Below are positions 1 through 10,489 of a stretch of DNA of 64,000 nucleotides, one piece after another. The notes under the pieces are model-generated. The model was not told the origin of the DNA. It saw nothing but the letters and a program-made list of their open reading frames with translations, and made no database searches. The position numbers and the translations under genes were made by a program. The stretch is from Cenarchaeum sp. (GTDB taxonomy: Archaea; Thermoproteota; Nitrososphaeria; Nitrososphaerales; Nitrosopumilaceae). The DNA is taken from NCBI GenBank assembly GCA_965212015.1, contig OZ243037.1:928001-992000 (forward strand). The letters run 5' to 3'. How positions within the stretch are numbered: position 1 is the stretch's first letter; each line of letters starts with the position of its first letter.

Positions 1-588
1 ACGCCGGCCGATCTGGGAAACGCGAATCTGGTCGGGCAGAAAAAGGTAGAGTCAGACAAGTGGGTGTTCGTAGAGGGATGCAAAAACCCCCAGTCAGTCA
101 CGCTTTTGATAAGGGGAGGCTCGCAGAGAATAGTCGACGAGGTCGACCGCTCCATTCACGACGCACTCATGGTGGTAAAGGACGTAATTGAAAAGCCCGC
201 TATAGTCGCAGGCGGGGGCGCGCCAGAGTCATTCATCGCCGCGCAGCTCAAAGAGTGGGCCGACAGCTTTGACGGAAGGGAGCAGCTTGCAATCAAAAAG
301 TACGCCGAAGCCCTAGAGACCATACCGCTTACGATATCAGAGAATGCCGGAATGGATCCCATAGACACGATGGCAAGCCTGCGCGCAAAGCAGAACCAGG
401 GCAAAAAGTGGACCGGCATTGACGCAAGAAACGCAGGCATTGCAGACATGCTAGAGCTTGACATCGTAGAGCCCGCAGTGGTAAAGGAGCAGATTATAAA
501 ATCGGCCACAGAGACTGCGTGCATGATACTGAGAATCGACGACGTCATTGCGGTATCTGGCGGTCCGGCAGCCGGCCCGCCGATGTGA
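1..588 (+). CDS. Thermosome (group II chaperonin) subunit, C-terminal part; 5' end outside window
   Basis: Frame open from base 1; motifs VTLLIRGG, IHDALMVV, GGGAPE, ENAGMDPID, MILRIDDVI. Confidence 0.95.
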   Translation, partial: TPADLGNANLVGQKKVESDKWVFVEGCKNPQSVTLLIRGGSQRIVDEVDRSIHDALMVVKDVIEKPAIVAGGGAPESFIAAQLKEWADSFDGREQLAIKKYAEALETIPLTISENAGMDPIDTMASLRAKQNQGKKWTGIDARNAGIADMLELDIVEPAVVKEQIIKSATETACMILRIDDVIAVSGGPAAGPPM

Positions 589-607
589 CGGGACTATCAG
601 ATTTACA

Positions 608-1462
608 GTGAACCGCGTCGGAATCGACCTGGGCGGGACAAAGATCGAGGGCGTTGCGACTGACGAATGTTTCAACATAATTGACAGAATGAGGGTTGCA
701 ACCCCTGGCGACTATACCGGGATACTGCACGCCATACGCGACATGATAGCAGAGCTGCACAAGAGTGATGCGGTAATAGGCGTCTGCGCGCCGGGCACTG
801 CGCCGGCAGACACTGGCCTCATCCGGAACAGCAATACGCAGTGCCTGATGGGGCGGCCGCTCAGGGCGGATCTCGAGCTGCTGGCGGGGCAAAAAATAGC
901 AATGGAGAACGACGCCAACTGCTTTGCGCTAGCAGAGGCGGTAATGGGCGCCGCAAAGGACTATCGGACCGTCTTTGGCGTTATACTGGGGACCGGCGTG
1001 GGCGGCGGGATTATAATTGATGGCAAAATCCACCACGGAAGGGCCGGCATTGCCGGCGAGTGGGGCCACCACACGCTGCACCATAATGGCATTGCGTGCT
1101 ATTGCGGCCGCTCCGGGTGCGTCGAGCAGTACATCTCTGGGCCCGCGTTGGAGAAAAGATGGCGCGAGCTAGTCGGCGGGGGGCGCAAGCTGCGCGACAT
1201 TGCCGGCAGCATGCACGAGAAAAACGCGCAGAAATGGAAGGACGAGTTTCTTGACTGCTTTAGCTCCGGCCTTGCAAATGTAATTGACATACTTGATCCG
1301 GACGCAATAGTGCTCGGCGGCGGCGTCTCAAACGTGGAATTTCTGTACGACGAGGGCAGGGATCTCACGCTGCAAAAGGTGTTCGGCGGCATGGCAGACA
1401 CGCCCATACTCAAAAACGCCATGGGCGACTCGGCCGGCGTCATTGGCGCGTGCATGATATGA
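608..1462 (+). CDS. ROK family sugar kinase
   Basis: GIDLGGTK, ENDANCFALAE, GTGVGGG, GEWGH, CxCGxxGCxE zinc motif; GTG start at 608. Confidence 0.9.
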   Translation: MNRVGIDLGGTKIEGVATDECFNIIDRMRVATPGDYTGILHAIRDMIAELHKSDAVIGVCAPGTAPADTGLIRNSNTQCLMGRPLRADLELLAGQKIAMENDANCFALAEAVMGAAKDYRTVFGVILGTGVGGGIIIDGKIHHGRAGIAGEWGHHTLHHNGIACYCGRSGCVEQYISGPALEKRWRELVGGGRKLRDIAGSMHEKNAQKWKDEFLDCFSSGLANVIDILDPDAIVLGGGVSNVEFLYDEGRDLTLQKVFGGMADTPILKNAMGDSAGVIGACMI

Positions 1463-1466
1463 GTGG

Positions 1467-2990
1467 CTATTGCGGCTCTATCGTGGCAGGCGGCTTGCTG
1501 GATACTGCGTACGTGACCCACGTGACGTCTTCTAGCTCGTTTGTAATCCGGTTGCTTATGGCCTCGAGCAGCTCGTGCGGCAGCCGCGTCCAGTCCGCAG
1601 TCATTGCATCAACGGAATCGACCACCCTCACAGTTACAATGTTTCCGTGCCTTCTATAGTCGCCGACTACCCCCACTGCCATGTCATCGCCTACTGCCGC
1701 ATACGCCTGCCACACCATATCGTACAGTCCGGCCCGCTCCAGCTCTTCCTCGACAATCCTGCTTGCAATCCGGGATATTTCCAGCTTTTTGGGCGTCACC
1801 TCGCCGATTATCCGCACAGAGAGGCCGGGGCCGGGAAACGGGTGGCGGGTGACAAGCTTGTGCGGTACGCCCAGTATTGCGGCGACGCGCCGCACCTCGT
1901 CTTTGTACAAGTCGCGCAGCGGCTCTAGTATCTCGAGCTTTAGCCAGTCCGGAAGCCCTCCTACATTGTGGTGCGACTTTATGACAGACGCCGGTCCCGC
2001 AGATGCGCCGCTCTCTATTACATCCGGATACAGCGTGCCCTGCGCCAGCCAGCGGAACGGGCCGCGTTTTTTTGCAAACTCTGAGAATACCGCAACGAAC
2101 TCTTCGCCGACAATCTTTCTTTTCTGCTCGGGGTCTGCCACGCCGCGCAGCCTCTCCAGGAACCGCCCGGATGCGTCGATTGCAGTAAAGTCCATCCCAA
2201 AGTTGTCCCGGAACATTGACTCTATCTCTGCGGGCTCGCCGAGCCGCATCAGGCCATTGTCCACAAAGACGCACTTTAACCGGTCCCCGACGGCCCTGTG
2301 GATTAGCAGGGCGGCCACCGTAGAGTCTATCCCGCCGCTCACGCCGCACAATACGCCGCCTTTTATCTGCGATATTTTGGCCACTGCGCCGTCCACAAAG
2401 GCCTCCATGGTCCACTGCTGTTTTGCCCCGCAGATCCGGACTGCAAAGTTTTTGAGCATGTCCGGTCCGCGCGGCGTGTGCGCCACCTCGGGGTGAAACT
2501 GGATTCCAAACACGGACCCGTCCCCGTTTGCGATTGCGGCGGATTTTGCGCCCTGCGTGTGCCCGATCACCGCAAAGCCGTCGGGAATCCGCTCTGCCTC
2601 GTCGCCGTGGCTCATCCACGCCCGAGTAGAGCCGCCTATTCCGCCCAGCAGGCCGCCGCCGTCATCAACTGTCAGCACAGACGAGCCGTACTCTTTGTTT
2701 GCCCGCTTTACCTTTCCGCCAAAATGCTCGACTATCAGCTGGTGGCCGTAGCATATCCCGAGCACGGGCACCCCCAGATCAAAGACTGACCCGTCCGGAT
2801 GCGGCGCGCCCGGATCATAGACGCTTGACGGCCCTCCTGACAGTATTATCCCCGCCGGATTGCGCGCGCGCAGCTCTGCTGCCGGCGCATCATACGGGAC
2901 AAGCTCTGCGCGCACAGAAAAGTCCCGGATTCTCCTGCAGATAAGGTGGCTGTACTGCGAGCCAAAGTCCAGCACCAGTATAGGATTCAT
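1467..2990 (-). CDS. guaA: GMP synthase (glutamine-hydrolysing), fused GATase + ATP-PPase
   Basis: LDFGSQY, GICYGHQ, QFHPEV, SGGIDS, IKSHHNVGG, KPPATIE. Confidence 0.97.
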   Translation of the reverse strand: MNPILVLDFGSQYSHLICRRIRDFSVRAELVPYDAPAAELRARNPAGIILSGGPSSVYDPGAPHPDGSVFDLGVPVLGICYGHQLIVEHFGGKVKRANKEYGSSVLTVDDGGGLLGGIGGSTRAWMSHGDEAERIPDGFAVIGHTQGAKSAAIANGDGSVFGIQFHPEVAHTPRGPDMLKNFAVRICGAKQQWTMEAFVDGAVAKISQIKGGVLCGVSGGIDSTVAALLIHRAVGDRLKCVFVDNGLMRLGEPAEIESMFRDNFGMDFTAIDASGRFLERLRGVADPEQKRKIVGEEFVAVFSEFAKKRGPFRWLAQGTLYPDVIESGASAGPASVIKSHHNVGGLPDWLKLEILEPLRDLYKDEVRRVAAILGVPHKLVTRHPFPGPGLSVRIIGEVTPKKLEISRIASRIVEEELERAGLYDMVWQAYAAVGDDMAVGVVGDYRRHGNIVTVRVVDSVDAMTADWTRLPHELLEAISNRITNELEDVTWVTYAVSSKPPATIEPQ

Positions 2991-2994
2991 GCAA

Positions 2995-3534
2995 TCACTT
3001 TGTCTTTTCAAGCATCCTTGTCAGCGACCACCCGGCGGTGTTTATGATCTCCTTTACCCTCTCCTGCTGGCGGTAGTTTTTAATCAGTATCTCGCGTATG
3101 TGCGGGCCGTTTTTGTTAATCGTAAATCCAATGACGGACTCTTTTTGGATGGTGCCGTCCCTTACCTGCGCCTCGTCCTTTCTTTTCATCTCGCCGATTA
3201 TCCTGTCAATAAAGAACGACCGGAACGGCGGCGTCTCGGGATCCACGCCGACCCCGTCGCCTATCACTATCGATACCTGCCCCGGCGTGACGTACGCGTT
3301 GGCAATAACACCGCCCCCCGTGCCGTTTGTTATCGGAATGGAATCAGGTGCGGCATCCGGGCGGAGCGCCGATGCCTTTGTAAAGCTGGTCTTGCCTAGC
3401 ACCGAGTCGAGTACCTCCAGGTTCCTTCTGAGAAACTCTGCCTCCTCCTCGTGCCTTTCAAGCTTTTGCGTTATGCGATCCTTGAGCTCGAGTATCTCGT
3501 TGATCTTTTCGTCAGGCTCCATGGCATGGCTCAT
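2995..3534 (-). CDS. Conserved hypothetical protein with N-terminal coiled coil
   Basis: Host-like composition; ends 4 bp before guaA start (operon-like). Confidence 0.75.
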   Translation of the reverse strand: MSHAMEPDEKINEILELKDRITQKLERHEEEAEFLRRNLEVLDSVLGKTSFTKASALRPDAAPDSIPITNGTGGGVIANAYVTPGQVSIVIGDGVGVDPETPPFRSFFIDRIIGEMKRKDEAQVRDGTIQKESVIGFTINKNGPHIREILIKNYRQQERVKEIINTAGWSLTRMLEKTK

Positions 3535-3897
3535 GGCACATGGGTATTAAAACGCACTCTGGGCAGCCAGAATTCCGGCAGTTATTCCGATGAATGTCGG
3601 CAGCGGGTATGCCCAGGACCTGCCTCTCTGGCTTTTGTCCATAGGCAGATACCATATGGCAGGACGGATCTGGGCAGGCAGCAATGCGGAAAGTTGTGAT
3701 CAGGATCACGTGGCGCAGAGACGTAGATGCCACGGTATGAGCCGGTCATATTGTGATCGGCCATATCGGATATTTGCAACATGTCGATCTTTTTGTCCCG
3801 AAATTTTAAATGTCACGATGGGAAAAGTAAAACATGGCATTCCATGATTTTACTTTCAAAACTGTGGATTGTTATTCTAGGCATATATTGAGTAATA

Positions 3898-4143
3898 AAA
3901 GGCCAAAATTCAGGGTTAAAATTAAAGGCAAAATTCAAGTTTCTCTGCAATTCCCATCAGGCGTGCCCTGAAGTAAAACGGGTTTTAAAAGATCTTGGTT
4001 TTACGGATTTCAAGGATTTGGATAATTCCCCATCATTTGATATTCTTGCAAAATTTGAACTAGACGAAGGAGTAGAAAAAATCGCCAAAAGAATCCTTGA
4101 GCAGTGCAGGGAAAAAGTCCAGACGATTCAGATCACTACATAG
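3898..4143 (+). pseudogene. Start-less ORF resembling an Lrp/AsnC ligand-binding (RAM/ACT-like) domain
   Basis: Manual translation LKAKFKFLCNSHQACPEVKRVLKDLGF...FDILAKFELDEGVEKIAKRILEQCREKVQTIQITT*; no start codon near its 5' end; AT-rich. Confidence 0.35.
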
Positions 4144-4415
4144 ATCTGCAAGAAAGATATTCCCAGGCATGCCAAACATTCGTTTACGGCTACATCTCAA
4201 AGAGCAACTCGACAAATCCATGTGTAAGGAATTCCAAAAAATGCTCAAGCTGGAGAAAGATCTAACCGATACAAGGGTAGAAATTGCAAACAAGTATCAC
4301 AGATACAGGTGGGAAATCAGAGTAAAAAAAACCAAGCGCGCACTGGCAACATACCAAGGGAACAATCCCGACACGGGTATTTTCCCAGAGTAGATACATC
4401 CCCGACTAGATTCAT

Positions 4416-5150
4416 CTAGACAACTATTCCGCCGACGTCCCGGCGGGAGATTTTTTCAAACCCCGCAATCGGCGAGGACATTGTGTACAGCTCGCAGCGC
4501 GACTTTGTGGCCAGCCATTCCAAAAGCGCCCTGGCCCTGCGCAGCTTTGCGCGCTTTGTCGCCCTGTCTGACGGCGCAGTGTCAGAGGGCCCGCCGATGC
4601 GGCCCTGCAGATCCATTCCCACCAGGATTATCTTTTTTGCGCCTAAGGCATCGGCCATAAAGACGCACCTGTCCCCGTCGGTAAAGCCGCCAAAGTTGCG
4701 CAGGCGCCCCGTCTCTTTTGCCTGCGTGGTGCCCAGGCAGTTTTTGAATTTTTTCGCCATGTGCAGCCTTTTCATATTGTCGCCGTGCGCGTGGACCAGC
4801 ATTATCGAGCCTGTCCTTGCGGTTTTTTCAAGGGATTCGGCGTGGCCGTCAAGATCGGTCACCACAATGTCCGGCCGGATTCTGCCCTCAAGCAGGACCC
4901 GGACTGAGCTGTCGGCTGCAATCCTCGCCACGCGCGGATGCTCCCTGAGCACCGGCAGCAACGACAAAAGCGAGTGGCCAGAACCAATGACAAATACCGT
5001 TCTGCCGCGCAGCATTGCGCCTATTGCGCCAACAGGGACGGGCCTGCTTATCATACAGTCAAGCATGGCCGCCGCCTCGGCATCCCGCCTCCTGCTAAGG
5101 CCGAACTCGCGCGCAATGCCGGAATATCGCGCGGCCCACCCCCTGATCAT
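4416..5150 (-). CDS. mptE: 6-hydroxymethyl-7,8-dihydropterin pyrophosphokinase (MptE/DUF115)
   Basis: PDIVVTDLDG, VHAHGDN, NFGGFTDGDR; divergent from folP. Confidence 0.9.
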   Translation of the reverse strand: MIRGWAARYSGIAREFGLSRRRDAEAAAMLDCMISRPVPVGAIGAMLRGRTVFVIGSGHSLLSLLPVLREHPRVARIAADSSVRVLLEGRIRPDIVVTDLDGHAESLEKTARTGSIMLVHAHGDNMKRLHMAKKFKNCLGTTQAKETGRLRNFGGFTDGDRCVFMADALGAKKIILVGMDLQGRIGGPSDTAPSDRATKRAKLRRARALLEWLATKSRCELYTMSSPIAGFEKISRRDVGGIVV

Positions 5151-5184
5151 ACAACTCAAATTTGCGCGCCGTGCCATAAACCAT

Positions 5185-6033
5185 GTGAAGCTAGGATCAG
5201 TCCGCGTCGGGGGCGCCAACCCCACCAGGATCATGGGCATCCTCAACGTGAGTCCAGAGTCGTTTTACAAAAAATCCATAGAGACTACGGACGGCGGGAT
5301 TGCGCGCGCAGTCGGCAGGATGGAGCGGCACGGTGCGGACATAATCGACGTCGGCGCAATGTCCAGCGCGCCATACCGGAGGACGCTGATTCCGGAGCGC
5401 GAGGAGTCAAGGCGGCTTGCCTGTGCAATCAGAGTCATCCAGAGAACGTCAAACATTCCCATATCAGTCGACACGTGCAGGGCCGGCGTGGCACAAAAAG
5501 CACTTGAGCTTGGGGCGGACATTGTCAACGACGTGACCGGCCTGACCTACGACAAAAAAATGCCCGGCGTGCTGCGGCGCTACGGGCCGTCCGTGGTGCT
5601 GTGCGCGCACGGCCGCGCGGCAACGGGTGGAGTCCGGGAGACAAAAAGGCTGCTGGAAAAAGGCATAGCGCGCGCAAGAGACGCCGGGGTGCCGCCGGGG
5701 CGCATCACAGTCGATCCGGCAATCGGGTTTTTCAGAAGGTCCGGTGCGGGCAGGCTGCACTCCAGGATAGGATCGGACTGGGCCCGCCGCGATCTCGGTA
5801 TTCTCAGGTGCCTGCGGGATCTGGGGGCGGATCATCCCGTGATGGTCTCTGTGTCCAGAAAGTCGTTTCTTGGCGCAATACTGGGCCAGAGGGATCCCGC
5901 CGGCAGGATCTCCGGCTCGCTTGCATGCGAGATGCTCTCAGTCATCAACGGGGCAGACGTGATACGGACCCACGACGTCCAAGAGTCCGGACGCATAGCC
6001 GCCCTCGCGAACAGGACAAACAAAAGCTTATAA
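5185..6033 (+). CDS. folP: Dihydropteroate synthase
   Basis: IMGILNVSPESF, ISVDT, NDVTG, DPAIGF, SRKSFLG, IRTHDV; real start is GTG 5185 inside the longer predicted ORF. Confidence 0.92.
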   Translation: MKLGSVRVGGANPTRIMGILNVSPESFYKKSIETTDGGIARAVGRMERHGADIIDVGAMSSAPYRRTLIPEREESRRLACAIRVIQRTSNIPISVDTCRAGVAQKALELGADIVNDVTGLTYDKKMPGVLRRYGPSVVLCAHGRAATGGVRETKRLLEKGIARARDAGVPPGRITVDPAIGFFRRSGAGRLHSRIGSDWARRDLGILRCLRDLGADHPVMVSVSRKSFLGAILGQRDPAGRISGSLACEMLSVINGADVIRTHDVQESGRIAALANRTNKSL

Positions 6034-6062
6034 CGGATTTGCCGTTTTCGGTATAGGGTTTC

Positions 6063-7490
6063 ATGGAATTCAGGGAGGGTCTGACTTTTGACGACGTTCT
6101 CCTCGTCCCCAAGTATTCTGACATTACCAGCAGGGCGCAGACCGACCTGAGCACGAGACTCTCTAGAAACATTTCACTCAAAATCCCGCTTGTCAGCGCA
6201 AACATGGACACTGTAACAGAGTCCTCCATGGCAGTGACCATGGCAAGGGAGGGCGGCATTGGAATCATACACCGGTTCCTGACGGTAAAGGAGCAGGTGG
6301 CAGAGGTCCTCAGGGTAAAGCGCTCCGGCAGCGTGGTGATTGAAAACCCGTACGTCATCGGCCCGGGGCAGACAGTCGGCGAGGCAGTAGGGTATGCCAC
6401 AGACAAGAACGTCTCGGGGCTGCTGGTGACTGATGCCGACTCAAAGCTGGTAGGCATCATTACTGACCGCGACCTGATATTCGAGTCCGGCTCGAGCCTG
6501 ATAGGGGACGTAATGACAAAGGATATTGTCACGGCAAGGCCGGGAATCGATCCCGACGAGGCAAAGAGGATACTGCACGAGCACCGCATAGAAAAGCTCC
6601 CGCTTACAGACGAGTCGGGGCGCATCAGGGGATTAATTACAAGCAAGGACATAACAAACAGGGAAAACTATCCGAATGCCACCAAGGACAAAAAGGGCAG
6701 GCCGCTAGTCGGCGCCGCAGTCGGGGTAAAGGGGGACTTTATGGAGAGGACCGAGTCCCTGCTTGACGCAGACGCCGACGTCATTATAGTCGATATCGCC
6801 CACGGGCACAGCGAGAATGCGATTTCCACCGTACGCAACATCAAAAAGGCGTTTCCAAGCTGCGAGCTGATAGCGGGAAACGTCGCAACGTCAGACGGGG
6901 CGGCAGACCTGATAAGGGCCGGAGTCGACGCAGTCAAAGTCGGCGTGGGCTCGGGCTCCATATGCATCACGCGGGTGGTGACCGGCTCTGGCGTGCCGCA
7001 GCTGACTGCCGTAATAGAGTGCGCAAAGACGGGGGAGGACAGCGGAGTTCCGGTGATATCCGACGGCGGAACCAGGACGTCTGGTGACGCCACCAAGGCA
7101 CTGGCCGCAGGCGCATCATCGGTGATGGTCGGAAGCATAATGGGCGGAACCGACGAGTCGCCCGGCTCGGTGCTGACCAAAAACGGCAAGCGCTTCAAGG
7201 TCTACCGCGGAATGGCCTCGCTGGGCGCATCGCTTGGAAGAAAGTCAAGGGAGCCAGGCGGCATGCCGGCAGACGACCTGAACGACTATGTCGCAGAGGG
7301 CGTCGAGGCCATGGTCCCCTACAAGGGCAGCGTCACGGACATTCTAAAGCAGCTCACCGGCGGCATCCGATCCGGGCTTAGCTACTGCGGGGCGCACACC
7401 ATACCGCAGATGCAAAAAAACGCAGAGTTCATAAAAATGTCCGGGGCGGGCTTTGCAGAAAGCCAGTCGCACGACGTCTCCCTGATGTAG
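6063..7490 (+). CDS. guaB: IMP dehydrogenase with CBS pair
   Basis: LTFDDVLLVP, KVGVGSGSICITR, YRGMAS. Confidence 0.97.
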   Translation: MEFREGLTFDDVLLVPKYSDITSRAQTDLSTRLSRNISLKIPLVSANMDTVTESSMAVTMAREGGIGIIHRFLTVKEQVAEVLRVKRSGSVVIENPYVIGPGQTVGEAVGYATDKNVSGLLVTDADSKLVGIITDRDLIFESGSSLIGDVMTKDIVTARPGIDPDEAKRILHEHRIEKLPLTDESGRIRGLITSKDITNRENYPNATKDKKGRPLVGAAVGVKGDFMERTESLLDADADVIIVDIAHGHSENAISTVRNIKKAFPSCELIAGNVATSDGAADLIRAGVDAVKVGVGSGSICITRVVTGSGVPQLTAVIECAKTGEDSGVPVISDGGTRTSGDATKALAAGASSVMVGSIMGGTDESPGSVLTKNGKRFKVYRGMASLGASLGRKSREPGGMPADDLNDYVAEGVEAMVPYKGSVTDILKQLTGGIRSGLSYCGAHTIPQMQKNAEFIKMSGAGFAESQSHDVSLM

Positions 7491-7526
7491 TTAATTTTTT
7501 ATGCGTGGGCGCAGGACGGACTTGTA

Positions 7527-7994
7527 ATGTTTACAAAGCGCACCGTCATCGGAACCGCCATAGGCTGCACGATAATCGCCATCGGAGTGGCGGCGTTTGT
7601 CGGGGACCTCGGGCTGCAGACTGTACTGGTGGATGACACGCACGCCACAGGCGAGCAGGCCTCGTACAGGTTTGGCGCAGCGGCCAACTCGACTCAGAGC
7701 CTGAAAATCACAGGCGAGCTATTCGATGTAGAGATTGCAACGCCAGACGGCGGCCTGCAGGTGCCCCTGACCGAATACAAGGACGAGGCAGTCTTTGAGT
7801 GGACGCATGCAGCAGACGGCGTGAGCAGCATCCGCATACGCAACACCGGCTCGACTGACCTGGCAGTCACGGGGGAGCTTGGCATCAGCACGGATCCAAT
7901 CTATTTTACCTATCACGTGCTAGTCATGATATCAGGAATAGTCATCGTGGGCTTTAGCGCCGGCTTTAGCATAAGAAAGCCGCGCGGGTTCTAG
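7527..7994 (+). CDS. Hypothetical membrane protein (N- and C-terminal TM helices)
   Basis: Two hydrophobic segments flanking a beta-rich domain. Confidence 0.75.
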   Translation: MFTKRTVIGTAIGCTIIAIGVAAFVGDLGLQTVLVDDTHATGEQASYRFGAAANSTQSLKITGELFDVEIATPDGGLQVPLTEYKDEAVFEWTHAADGVSSIRIRNTGSTDLAVTGELGISTDPIYFTYHVLVMISGIVIVGFSAGFSIRKPRGF

Positions 7995-8803
7995 GCAGGA
8001 TCCGACATTGGGTATGATCCGAGCACCCGGAAAAAAAGCGAGTCCTTTTTTATCGCATCAAGCATCTGCGAGATTTTCTGCTCCCCGCAGCCGCCCTCAA
8101 AGTCCACGTAAAAGTTGTACTCCCATGCGGTATCCCTTTTTGGCCGCGACTCTATCTTTGTGAGATTCACGCCGCTCTTGTGAAAGCACTCGACTATCCG
8201 GTACAGCGCGCTTGGCCGGTGCCTCACCGAGAACACTATCGAGGTCTTGTCCCTTTCTGTCGGCTGCGCCGTATTTTTGGACAGTACTAAAAACCGCGTA
8301 TAGTTGCTGGCGCTGTCCGCAATGCCGGTGCGTATCACCGGAACCCCGTGTATCTCTGCTGCGTTTTTGCTTGCAATGCACGCAGCATCTGCCCTGCCGA
8401 GCTTTTTTATCATTGCAACGCTGCCTGCCGTGTCGTACGTGGGAACGGTCCTCATGGAGTTTTGTGCGATGAACTTTCTGCACTGTCCGAGCGCCTGCGG
8501 GTGCGAGTATACCGTGGTTATCCCGCCTAGCTCGCCGGTGCCTATCAGGCAGTGCTCGATTCTGTGGTATGTCTCGGCAGTCACGTGCAGCGGCGTCATG
8601 TAGAGCAAATCGCTGCTCTCGCCCACGCCGCCTTCCAGCGAGTTTTCCACCGGAAGGATGGCACAGTCGGACCTTGCCTCTATGGCACACTCGAGGGCGT
8701 CATGAAACGTGGGACACGGAACGGTCTGCGCCCCTGCAAAAAGCGATACTGCCGCCTCCTCGCTGTATGCGCCCCGCTCGCCCTGAAACGATACGCGCGT
8801 CAT
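7991..8803 (-). CDS. pheA: Prephenate dehydratase with ACT domain
   Basis: FQGERGAYSE, PVENS, SHPQALGQC, NYTRF, NLTKIESRP. Confidence 0.95.
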   Translation of the reverse strand: MTRVSFQGERGAYSEEAAVSLFAGAQTVPCPTFHDALECAIEARSDCAILPVENSLEGGVGESSDLLYMTPLHVTAETYHRIEHCLIGTGELGGITTVYSHPQALGQCRKFIAQNSMRTVPTYDTAGSVAMIKKLGRADAACIASKNAAEIHGVPVIRTGIADSASNYTRFLVLSKNTAQPTERDKTSIVFSVRHRPSALYRIVECFHKSGVNLTKIESRPKRDTAWEYNFYVDFEGGCGEQKISQMLDAIKKDSLFFRVLGSYPMSDPA

Positions 8804-9345
8804 GTGCACAATGCTTCTAGGTTGCCAAAGCCAGAGGACATTTTCCTGTCGTCCTTCCAGCCGCATTCCGTGCATTTCACCCCGTCGCGAATCGGAATCA
8901 CCTTCATTCCGCACTTTCTGCACTTTGTGTGCAGCACCCCGAGCTCCGGCTCGCCTATCGAGGCGTGAATCGTCCCGTTGAGCCGGCTGATTATCTTTAG
9001 CGCAACTAAATCATTGACTAGCGCCACCGTCTTTTTGCGCATGTTTCTAGTGGAGCATATGCACTCCACGCCGGAGCTCACCGCGTTGCCGTTTATCCTC
9101 TTTATGGCCACGGCAATCATCGAGGACATTACTGCGGCCACGGTGCCGATTACGACGTCGTCGGCCTTTGGGACAGACGAGTTCTTTGGGTTGCTAATGC
9201 TTGCAATCCTGAGCTTTTTGTCAATCTCGGCTGTTCCCACCGCGGCTGCGCGGACCTTGTCGCCGTCATCAAACGTGTTGGGGCCGGACTCGTACTCCTC
9301 AATAGAGGCAATCTCGTCGCCGGGCATGCAAAGCGGGCCAGTCAT
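8800..9345 (-). CDS. csl4: Exosome complex RNA-binding protein Csl4
   Basis: PGDEI..EEY N-terminus, S1 domain, C-terminal CxxC-CxxC zinc ribbon. Confidence 0.88.
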   Translation of the reverse strand: MTGPLCMPGDEIASIEEYESGPNTFDDGDKVRAAAVGTAEIDKKLRIASISNPKNSSVPKADDVVIGTVAAVMSSMIAVAIKRINGNAVSSGVECICSTRNMRKKTVALVNDLVALKIISRLNGTIHASIGEPELGVLHTKCRKCGMKVIPIRDGVKCTECGWKDDRKMSSGFGNLEALCT

Positions 9346-9422
9346 GGGGTTGGTTCTGGCGCTTGAATTATAATTGTTTGCGGTTTGGCAACCGGTATGA
9401 GACGTGCGGCAGGCGACGGGCC

Positions 9423-10487
9423 GTGAGGGCGCTAGTCTATGACGAATATTCCACAGACGACGATTTTGCGGGGATTCTCAGGATAAAAGAGCTAGACGAG
9501 CCTCGCGCAGGCCCAAACGACGTGGTATTCAGGGTCAAGGCAGTGGCGCTAAACTATGACGACATTTGGGCCATGAGGGGCAGGCCAATCAGGGTGCCCA
9601 TGCCGCACATATCGGGCACAGATGCGGCAGGCGAGGTAATAGAGGTGGGCAGGGACGTAAAGGGTGTAAGGGTCGGCGACAGGATAGTCTCGCACGGCAA
9701 CATTTCGTGCAGGGTCTGCGGCCTTTGCACCAGCGGACGCGAATACGACTGCAAAAGCAGGTCCATCTGGGGCTTTCAGACGGGGCCGCTGTGGGGCGGG
9801 TACTGTGAGATCAGCCACCTGCCGGAGATCAATACGCTGAGGATTCCAGAGAACATTAGCTACGAGCAGGCCGCAGCTGCATCCATGACGCTCATGACGT
9901 CGTGGCACATGCTGGTAGGCCGCGCAGGAATAAGGCCGGGGCAGACCGTGCTGGTCATGGGGGGCGGCTCTGGAATGGGAATCTTTGGAATCCAGATTGC
10001 AAAGCTGTTCGGATGCGACGTGATTGCCACTGCAAGCGCAGGCAAGCTAGACGGGTGCATCAGGCTCGGTGCCGACTATGCAGTGGATCACCGCAGGGAC
10101 GGATGGCACCGGGAGGTAATGGACATTACGCGGATTCTGGCGCAAAAGGGCAAGAGCCCCGGAGTCGACGTAATATTCGAGCACATTGGCGGCTCGCACT
10201 GGGGCAGGGAGCTGGGCCTGCTGAAATACGGCGCCACCATAGTCACCACCGGCGCGACTACGGGATACGACGTCAGGACGGATCTGCGCGAGGTGTTCTC
10301 AAAGGGGATAAACATACTTGGCTCCACGCAGGGCACCAGGGCGGAGCTGGAGCGCGGCCTGTACTGGATGTCGCAGGGAAGGATAAGGTCGGTGATAGAC
10401 TCCGAGTATCCGCTGGAACAGGCAGCGCAGGCGCATGCAAGGATGCTTGGCGGCGATATTTTCGGCAAGATAATCATAAGGCCGTAG
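9423..10487 (+). CDS. Zinc-binding (MDR) alcohol dehydrogenase/oxidoreductase
   Basis: PHISGTDAAGEV, CxxCxxCxxxxxxxC structural Zn site, GGGSGMG, FGKIII. Confidence 0.9.
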   Translation: MRALVYDEYSTDDDFAGILRIKELDEPRAGPNDVVFRVKAVALNYDDIWAMRGRPIRVPMPHISGTDAAGEVIEVGRDVKGVRVGDRIVSHGNISCRVCGLCTSGREYDCKSRSIWGFQTGPLWGGYCEISHLPEINTLRIPENISYEQAAAASMTLMTSWHMLVGRAGIRPGQTVLVMGGGSGMGIFGIQIAKLFGCDVIATASAGKLDGCIRLGADYAVDHRRDGWHREVMDITRILAQKGKSPGVDVIFEHIGGSHWGRELGLLKYGATIVTTGATTGYDVRTDLREVFSKGINILGSTQGTRAELERGLYWMSQGRIRSVIDSEYPLEQAAQAHARMLGGDIFGKIIIRP

Positions 10488-10489
10488 CG

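Noticed and set aside
1467-2990. Fused single-chain GMP synthase as unusual for archaea
   Set aside because: Expected in this lineage; not novel
4483-5184. Apparent 234-aa N-terminal extension making a 516-aa DHPS
   Set aside because: It is the antisense shadow of mptE; DHPS homology begins at GTG 5185
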